Part shown: one piece after another, positions 53,201 to 64,000 of the stretch | How the letters are laid out: each line of letters starts with the position of its first letter | How positions within the stretch are numbered: position 1 is the first letter of the stretch | From: Eledone cirrhosa | Taxonomy: Eukaryota | Length of the DNA stretch: 64,000 nucleotides | NCBI GenBank assembly: GCA_964016885.1 | Contig: OZ024740.1 | Coordinates: 252,340,001 to 252,404,000 of the forward strand | Reading direction: 5' to 3' | Notes under the pieces: model-generated | Databases searched by the model: none | Told to the model about the DNA's origin: nothing | Seen by the model: the letters and a program-made list of their open reading frames with translations, nothing else | Made by a program: the position numbers and the translations under genes

Positions 53201-56200
53201 GCTCACACCACCAACACTACCAACACCACCAAATCCACTCACACCACCAACACCACCAACACCACTCACACCACCAACACTACCAACACCACCAACACCA
53301 CTCACACCACCAACACCGCTCACACCACCAACACTACCAACACCACCAACACCACCAACACTACCAACACCACCAACACCACTCACACCACAAACACCGC
53401 TCAGACCACCAACACTACCAACACCACCAACACCACCAACACTACCAACACCACCAACACCACTCACACCACCAACACCGCTCACACCACCAACACTACC
53501 AACACCACCAACACCACCAACACTACCAACACCACCAACACCACTCACACCACCAACACCGCTCAGACCACCAACACTACTCACACCACCAACACTACTC
53601 ACACCACCAACACCACCAACACCACCAACACCACCAACACCACCAACACTACCAACACCACCAACACCACTCACACCACCAACACAACCAACACTACCAA
53701 CACCACTCACATCACCAACGCTACCAACACCACCAACACCACTCACACCACCAACACCACTCACACCACCAACACCACTCACACCACCAACACTACTCAC
53801 ACCACCAACACAACCAACACCACCAACACCACCAACACTACCAACACCACCAACACCACTCACACCACCAACACCACTCACACCACCAACACTACTCACA
53901 CCACCAACACCACTCACACCACCAACACAACCAACACCACCAACACCACCAACACTACCAACACCACCAACACCACTCACACCACCAACACCACTCACAC
54001 CACCAACACTACTCGCACCACCAACACCACTCACACCACCAACACTACTCACACCACCAACACCACTCACACCACCAACAGTACTCACACCACCAACACA
54101 ACCAACACCACCAACACCACCAACACTACCAACACCCTCAACACCACTCACACCACCAACACCACTCACACCACCAACACTACTCACACCACCAACACCA
54201 CCAACACTACCAACACCACCAACACCACTCACACCACCAACACCGCTCAGACCACCAACACTACCAACACCACCAACACCACCAACACTACCAACACCAC
54301 CAACACCACTCACACCACCAACACCACTCACACCACCAACACCGCTCACACCACCAACACTACCAACACCATCAACACCACTCACATCACCAACGCTACC
54401 AACACCACCAACACCACTCACACCACCAACAACACCAACACCACCAACACCACTCACACCACCAACACCACCAACACCGCTCACACCACCAACACCACTC
54501 ACACCACCAACACCACTCACACCACCAACACTACCAACACCACCAACACCACCAACACTACCAACACCAGCAACACCCCTCACACCACCAACACCGCTCA
54601 CACCACCAACACTACCAACACCACCAACACCACTCACACCACTCACACCACCAACACTACCAACACCACCAAATCCACTCACACCACCAACACTACCAAC
54701 ACCACCAACACCACCAACACTACCAACACCACCAACACCCCTCACACCACCAACACCGCTCACACTACCAACACTACCAACACCACCAACACCACTCACA
54801 CCACTCACACCACCAACACTACCAACACCACCAAATCTACTCACACCACCAACACTACCAACACCACCAACACCACCAACACCACCAAAACTACCAACAC
54901 CACCAACACCACTCACACCACCAACACTACCAACACCACCAACACCGCTCACACCACCAACACTACCAACACCGCCAAATCCACTCCACTCACACCAACA
55001 ACACCACCAACACCACCAACACCACCAACACTACCAACACCACCAACACCACTCACACGACCAACACTACCAACACCACCAACACCGCTCACACCACCAA
55101 CACTACCAACACCGCCAACACCACTCACACTACCAACCCCACTCACACCACCAACACTACCAAGACCACCAACACCGCTCACACCACCAACACCGCTCAC
55201 ACCACCAACACTACCAACACCACCAACACCACTCACACCACCAACACTACCAACACCACCAACACCACTCACACCACTCACACCACCAACACTGCACCCA
55301 CCATCAACACCACTCACACCACCAACACCACCAACACCACCAACACCACCAACAACACCAACACCACTCACACCACCAACACCACCAACACTACCAACAC
55401 CACCAACACCACTCACACCACTCACACCACCAACACTACCAACACCACCAACACCGCTCACACCACCAACACTACCAACACCGCCAACACCACTCACACT
55501 ACCAACCCCACTCACACCACCAACACTACCAACACCACCAACACCACTCATACCACTCACACCACCAACACTACCAACACCACCAACACCACTCACACCA
55601 CCAACACTACCAACACCGCCAACACCACTCACACCACCAACACTACACCCACCATCAACACCACTCACACCACCAACACTACCAACACCACAAACACCAC
55701 TCACACCACCAACACTACCAACACCACCAACACCCCAACACCCCTCACACCACCAACACCGCTCACACCACCAACTCTACCAACACCACCAACACCACTC
55801 ACACCACTCACACCACCAACACCATCAACACCACCAACACCACCAACACTACCAACACCACCAACACCACTCACACCACCAACACTACCAACACCACCAA
55901 CACCACTCACACCACCAACACTACCAACACCACCAACACCACTCACACTACCAACACCACTAACACCGCTCACACCACCAACTCTACCAACACCACCAAC
56001 ACCACTCACACCACTCACACCACCAACACTACCAACACCACCAACACCACTCACACTACCAACACTACCAACACCACCAACGCCACTCACACTACCAACA
56101 CCACTCACACCACCAACACTACCAAGACCACCAACAGCGCTCACACCACCAACACCGCTCACACCACCAACATTACCAACACCACCAACACCACTCACAC

Positions 56201-57179
56201 CATCAACACCACTCACACCACCAACACTACCAACACCACCAAAATCGCTCACACCACCAACACTACCAACACCACCAACACCACTCACACCACTCACACC
56301 ACCAACACTACCAACACCACCAACACCACCAACACTACCAACACCACCAACACTACCAACACAACCAACACAACTCACACCACCAACACTACCAACAACA
56401 CCAACACCACTCACACCACCAACACCACCAACACCCCTCTCACCACCAACACCGCTGACACCACCAACACTACCAACACCACCAACACCACCAACACCAA
56501 TCACACCACTCACACCACCAACACTACCAACACCACCAACACCACTCACACCACCAACACTACCAACACCACTCACATCACCAACGCTACCAACACCATC
56601 AACACCACTATCACCACCAACACTGCAACACCACCAACACCGCTCACACCACCAACACTACCAACACCACTCACACCACTAACACTACCAACACCACCAA
56701 CACCACTCACACCACCAACACCGCCCACACTACCAACACTACCAACACCACCAACACTACCAACACCACCAACACCACTCACACCACTCACACCACCAAC
56801 ACTACCAACACCACCAACACCACTCACACCACCAACACTACCAACACCACCAACACCACTCACACCACCAACACCACCAACACCCCTCTCACCACCAACA
56901 CCGCTCACACCACCAACACTACCAACACCACCAACACCACTCACACCACCAACACCGCTCACACCAACAACACTACCAACACCACCAACACCACTCACAC
57001 CACCAACACCGCTCACACCACCAACACTACCAACACCACTCACACCACTAACACTACCAACACCACCAACACCACCAACACCACTCACACCACCAACACT
57101 ACCAATAACACCAACACCACTCACACCACCAACACTACCAACACCACCAACACCACTCACACCACCAACACTACCAACA

Positions 57180-60100
57180 CCACCAACACCACTCACACCA
57201 CCAACACTACTCACACCACCAACACCACTCACACCACCAACAGTACTCACACCACCAACACAACCAACACCACCAACACCACCAACACTACCAACACCCT
57301 CAACACCACTCACACCACCAACACCACTCACACCACCAACATTACTCACACCACCAACACCACCAACACTACCAACACCACCAACACCACTCACACCACC
57401 AACACCGCTCAGATCACCAACACTACCAACACCACCAACACCACCAACACTACCAACACCACGAACACCACTCACACCACCAACACCACTCACACCACCA
57501 ACACCGCTCACACCACCAACACTACCAACACCATCAACACCACTCACATCACCAACGCTACCAACACCACCAACACCACTCACACCACCAACAACACCAA
57601 CACCACCAACACCACTCACACCACCAACACCACCAACACCGCTCACACCACCAACACCACTCACACCACCAACACCACTCACACCACCAACACTACCAAC
57701 ACCACCAACACCACCAACACTACCAACACTAGCAACACCCCTCACACCACCAACACCGCTCACACCACCAACACTACTCACACCACCAACACCACTCACA
57801 CCACCAACACAACCAACACCACCAACACCACCAACACTACCAACACCACCAACACCACTCACACCACCAACACCACTCACACCACCAACACTACTCGCAC
57901 CACCAACACCACTCACACCACCAACACTACTCACACCACCAACACCACTCACACCACCAACAGTACTCACACCACCAACACAACCAACACCACCAACACC
58001 ACCAACACTACCAACACCCTCAACACCACTCACACCACCAACACCACTCACACCACCAACACTACTCACACCACCAACACCACCAACACTACCAACACCA
58101 CCAACACCACTCACACCACCAACACCGCTCAGACCACCAATACTACCAACACCACCAACACCACCAACACTACCAACACCACCAACACCACTCACACCAC
58201 CAACACCACTCACACCACCAACACCGCTCACACCACCAACACTACCAACACCATCAACACCACTCACATCACCAACGCTACCAACACCACCAACACCACT
58301 CACACCACCAACAACACCAACACCACCAACACCACTCACACCACCAACACCACCAACACCGCTCACACCACCAACACCACTCACACCACAAACACCACTC
58401 ACACCACCAACACCACTCACACCACCAACACTACCAACACCACCAACACCACCAACACTACCAACACCAGCAACACCCCTCACACCACCAACACCGCTCA
58501 CACCACCAACACTACCAACACCACCAACACCACTCACACCACTCACACCACCAACACTACCAACACCACCAAATCCACTCACACCACCAACACTACCAAC
58601 ACCACCAACACCACCAACACTACCAACACCACCAACACCCCTCACACCACCAACACCGCTCACACTACCAACACTACCAACACCACCAACACCACTCACA
58701 CCACTCACACCACCAACACTACCAACACCACCAACACCACCAACACCACCAACACTACCAACACCACCAACACCACTCACACCACCAACACTACCAACAC
58801 CACCAACACCACTCACACCACCAACACTACTCACACCACCAACACCACTCACACCACCAACAGTACTCACACCACCAACACAACCAACACCACCAACACC
58901 ACCAACACTACCAACACCCTCAACACCACTCACACCACCAACACCACTCACACCACCAACATTACTCACACCACCAACACCACCAACACTACCAACACCA
59001 CCAACACCACTCACACCACCAACACCGCTCAGATCACCAACACTACCAACACCACCAACACCACCAACACTACCAACACCACCAACACCACTCACACCAC
59101 CAACACCACTCACACCACCAACACCGCTCACACCACCAACACTACCAACACCATCACACCACTCACATCACCAACGCTACCAACACCACCAACACCACTC
59201 ACACCACCAACAACACCAACACCACCAACACCACTCACACCACCAACACCACCACACCGCTCACACCACCAACACCACTCACACCACCAACACCACTCAC
59301 ACCACCAACACTACCAACACCACCAACACCACCAACACTACCAACACCAGCAACACCCCTCACACCACCAACACCGCTCACACCACCAACCACTACCAAC
59401 ACCACCAACACCACTCACACCACTCACACCACCAACACTACCAACACCACCAAATCCACTCACACCACCAACACTACCAACACCACCAACACCACCAACA
59501 CTACCAACACCACCAACACCCCTCACACCACCAACACCGCTCACACTACCAACACTACCAACACCACCAACACCACTCACACCACTCACACCACCAACAC
59601 TACCAACACCACCAAATCTACTCTCACCACCAACACTACCAACACCACCAACACCACCAACACCACCAACACTACCAACACCACCAACACCACTCACACC
59701 ACCAACACCGCTCACACCACCAACTCTACCAACACCACCAACACCACTCACACCACTCACACCACCAACACCACCAACACCACCAACACCACCAACACTA
59801 CCAACACCACCAACACCACTCACACCACCAACACTACCAACACCACCAACACCACTCACACCACCAACACTACCAACACCGCCAACACCACTCACACTAC
59901 CAACACCACTAACACCGCTCACACCACCAACTCTACCAACACCAACCAACACCACTCACACCACTCACACCACCAACACTACCAACACCACCAACACCAC
60001 TCACACCACCAACACCACCAACACCGCTCACACCACCAACACCACTCACACCACAAACGACCACTCACACACCAACACCACTCACACCACCAACACTACC

Positions 60101-61300
60101 AACACCACCAACACCACCAACACTACCAACACCAGCAACACCCCTCACACCACCAACACCGCTCACACCACCAACACTACCAACACCACCAACACCACTC
60201 ACACCACTCACACCACCAACACTACCAACACCACCAAATCCACTCACACCACCAACACTACCAACACCACCAACACCACCAACACTACCAACACCACCAA
60301 CACCCCTCACACCACCAACACCGCTCACACTACCAACACTACCAACACCACCAACACCACTCACACCACTCACACCACCAACACTACCAACACCACCAAC
60401 ACCACCAACACCACCAACACAACCAACACCACCAACACCACTCACACCACCAACACTACCAACACCACCAACACCACTCACACCACCAACACTACTCACA
60501 CCACCAACACCACTCACACCACCAACAGTACTCACACCACCAACACAACCAACACCACCAACACCACCAACACTACCAACACCCTCAACACCACTCACAC
60601 CACCACACCACTCACACCACCAACATTACTCACACCACCAACACCACCAACACTACCAACACCACCAACACCACTCACACCACCAACACCGCTCAGATCA
60701 CCAACACTACCAACACCACCAACACCACCAACACTACCAACACCACCAACACCACTCACACCACCAACACCACTCACACCACCAACACCGCTCACACCAC
60801 CAACACTACCAACACCATCAACACCACTCACATCACCAACGCTACCAACACCACCAACACCACTCACACCACCAACAACACCAACACCACCAACACCACT
60901 CACACCACCAACACCACCAACACCGCTCACACCACCAACACCACTCACACCACCAACACCACTCACACCACCAACACTACCAACACCACCAACACCACCA
61001 ACACTACCAACACCAGCAACACCCCTCACACCACCAACACCGCTCACACCACCAACACTACCAACACCACCAACACCACTCACACCACTCACACCACCAA
61101 CACTACCAACACCACCAAATCCACTCACACCACCAACACTACCAACACCACCAACACCACCAACACTACCAACACCACCAACACCCCTCACACCACCAAC
61201 ACCGCTCACACTACCAACACTACCAACACCACCAACACCACTCACACCACTCACACCACCAACACTACCAACACCACCAAATCTACTCTCACCACCAACA
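57180..61300. repeat. Locally amplified ~0.72/0.9-kb modules (combined period ~1.62 kb)
   Basis: CAGTACTCA at 57241, 57961, 58861 and ~60525, each followed by CACCCTCAA about 55 bp later. The same module occurs at ~54080-54140. Confidence 0.8.
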
Positions 61301-62299
61301 CTACCAACACCACCAACACCACCAACACCACCAACACTACCAACACCACCAACACCACTCACACCACCAACACCGCTCACACCACCAACTCTACCAACAC
61401 CACCAACACCACTCACACCACTCACACCACCAACACCACCAACACCACCAACACCACCAACACTACCAACACCACCAACACCACTCACACCACCAACACT
61501 ACCAACACCACCAACACCACTCACACCACCAACACTACCAACACCGCCAACACCACTCACACTACCAACACCACTAACACCGCTCACACCACCAACTCTA
61601 CCAACACCACCAACACCACTCACACCACTCACACCACCAACACTACCAACACCACCAACACCACTCACACTACCAACACTACCAACACCACCAACGCCAC
61701 TCACACTACCAACACCACTCACACCACCAACACTACCAAGACCACCAACACCGCTCACACCACCAACACCGCTCACACCACCAACACTACCAACACCATC
61801 AACACCACTCACATCACCAACGCTACCAACACCACCAACACCACTCACACCACCAACAACACCAACACCACCAACACCACTCACACCACCAACACTACCA
61901 ACACCACCAACACCACTCACACCACTCACACCACCAACACTACCAACACCACCAAATCCACTCACATCACCAACACCACCAACACCGCTCACACCACCAA
62001 CACTACCAACACCATCAACACCACTCACACCACCAACACTACCAACACCACCAACACCACTCACACCACCAACACTACCAACACCACCAACACCACTCAC
62101 ACCACCAACACTACACCCACCATCAACACCACTCACACCACCAACACTACCAACACCACAAACACCACTCACACCACCAACACTACCAACACCACCAACA
62201 CCCCAACACCCCTCACACCACCAACACCGCTCACACCACCAACTCTACCAACACCACCAACACCACTCACACCACTCACACCACCAACACCACCAACAC

Positions 62300-63130
62300 C
62301 ACCAACACCACCAACACTACCAACACCACCAACACCACTCACACCACCAACACTACCAACACCACCAACACCACTCACACCACCAACACCACCAACACCA
62401 CCAACACTACCAACACCACCAACACTACCAACACAACCAACACCACTCACACCACCAACACTACCAACAACACCAACACCACTCACACCACCAACACCAC
62501 CAACACCCCTCTCACCACCAACACCGCTCACACCACCAACACTACCAACACCACCAACACCACCAACACCAATCACACCACTCACACCACCAACACTACC
62601 AACACCACCAACACCACTCACACCACCAACACTACCAACACCACTCACATCACCAACGCTACCAACACCATCAACACCACTATCACCACCAACACTGCAA
62701 CACCACCAACACCGCTCACACCACCAACACTACCAACACCACTCACACCACTAACACTACCAACACCACCAACACCACTCACACCACCAACACCGCCCAC
62801 ACCACCAACACTACCAACACCACCAACACTACCAACACCACCAACACCACTCACACCACTCACACCACCAACACTACCAACACCACCAACACTACTCACA
62901 CCACCAACACTACCAACACCACCAACACCACTCACACCACCAACACCACCAACACCCCTCTCACCACCAACACCGCTCACACCACCAACACTACCAACAC
63001 CACCAACACCACTCACACCACCAACACCGCTCACACCAACAACAGTACCAACACCACCAACACCACTCACACCACCAACACCGCTCACACCACCAACACT
63101 ACCAACACCACACACACCACTAACACTACC
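62300..63130. repeat. Dispersed copy of the block at ~56300-57050 (offset ~6072)
   Basis: Private signature CACCACTAT-CACCACCAA-CACTGCAA (G at 56625 and 62697), plus CACCAATCA and CACCGCCCA in both copies. Confidence 0.8.
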
Positions 63131-64000
63131 AACACCACCAACACCATTCACACCACCAACACTACCAACACCACCAACACCACCAACACCACTCACACCA
63201 CCAACACTACCAACACCACCAACACCACTCACACCACCAACACTACCAACACCACTCACACCACCAACACCACCAACACCACCAACACCACTCACACCCC
63301 CAACACTACCAACGCCACCAACACCACTCACACCACCAACACCACTCACACCACCAACACCACTCACACCACCAACACAACTCACTCCACCAACACTACC
63401 AACACCACCAACACCACCAACACCGCTCACACCACCAACACCACTCACACCACCAACACTACCAACACCACCAACACAACTCACTCCACCAACACTACCA
63501 ACACCACTCACACCACCAACACTACCAACACCACCAACACCACTCACACCACCAACACCACCAACACCACCAACACCGCTCACACCACCAAAGCCGCTCA
63601 CACCACCAACACTACCAACACCACCAACACAACTCACTCCACCAACACTACCAACACCACCAACACCACTCACATCACCAACACCACTCACACCACCAAC
63701 ACCACTCACACCACCACACCACTCACACCACCAACACCACTCACACCACCAACACTACCAACACCACCAACACAACTCACTCCACCAACACTACCAACAC
63801 CACTCACATCACTCACATCACCAACACTTCCAACACCAGCAACACCACTCACATCACCAACACTCCTCACACCACCAACACCACTCACATCACCAACGCT
63901 ACCAACACCACTCACACCACCAACACCACTCACACCACCAACACCACTCACACCACCACACCACTCACACCACCAACACCACTCACACCACCAACACTAC

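Larger units (their letters stand above)
1..64000. repeat. Satellite/minisatellite array of a 9-bp monomer, consensus CAC-(CAC/TAC/CGC)-(CAA/TCA); minus strand TTGGTGGTG-like
   Basis: Parses into 9-mers from the start: 7-15 CACCGCTCA, 16-24 CACCACCAA, 25-33 CACTACCAA, 34-42 CACCACCAA, 43-51 CACCGCTCA, and so on to the last base. One orientation throughout, with no unique insert seen. The + strand is almost all C/A, with G mostly in D units. Confidence 0.98.
30300..64000. repeat. Sub-family domain R: largely in-register 9-mers with a different marker set
   Basis: Markers CACCCCTCT (mostly here), ATCCACTCA, CATCACCAA-CGCTACCAA and CACCGCTCA-GACCACCAA. The 8-bp CACTACAA unit was seen only at ~34597, 34721, 38714 and 40057, and not afterwards. 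Confidence 0.8.

Noticed and set aside
343-63951. Dozens of minus-strand Gly/Val/Ser ORFs up to 1539 aa (resembling PE-PGRS, elastin, silk or glycine-rich proteins)
   Set aside because: The main codons (GGT, GTT, GTG, AGT, AGC) cannot become stops by one substitution, so the frame is open by composition. Starts are mostly the GTG of the repeat itself and ends are mostly set by 1-bp indels. There is no signal peptide, unique domain, promoter, RBS or evident exon structure. Several common variants are synonymous in this frame, but others are synonymous in other frames, so this is not evidence of selection without a formal test.
1-64000. CRISPR-like constant/variable alternation
   Set aside because: The variable slots are 9-bp variants of the same monomer, not unique 25-45 bp spacers, and there is no leader or cas gene.
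1-64000. Synthetic/encoded DNA or a pure sequencing artefact
   Set aside because: Nested duplications with inherited private SNVs and domain-specific variants are what natural satellite evolution produces. Local assembly errors remain possible.
1-64000. Inverted repeats, terminators, tRNA/rRNA/ncRNA, transposon ends
   Set aside because: The + strand has too little G/T to base-pair with itself, no orientation switch was seen, and there is no non-repeat sequence.

Overview
The whole 64-kb window is one uninterrupted, head-to-tail tandem array of a 9-bp C/A-rich monomer (about 7,100 units, from 64000/9), running off both ends. Four variants dominate: A=CACCACCAA, B=CACTACCAA, C=CACCACTCA and D=CACCGCTCA. 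They mostly follow an A-x-A-y pattern (18/36-bp period). An 8-bp deletion unit E=CACTACAA is common only in the left ~30 kb. Rare private variants reveal nested duplications with offsets of about 0.33, 0.62, 0.72/0.9, 0.945, 1.46, 4.44-4.48, 6.07 and 6.675 kb, and several sub-family domains. I saw no unique sequence, inversion, transposon, RNA gene, CRISPR array or credible protein-coding gene; the listed ORFs are by-products of repeat composition. The best reading is satellite/minisatellite DNA, probably eukaryotic (inference; the organism cannot be identified from this window). I found no support for a new gene system, and the interest lies in the array's architecture and history. All analysis was by eye, so block boundaries are approximate.
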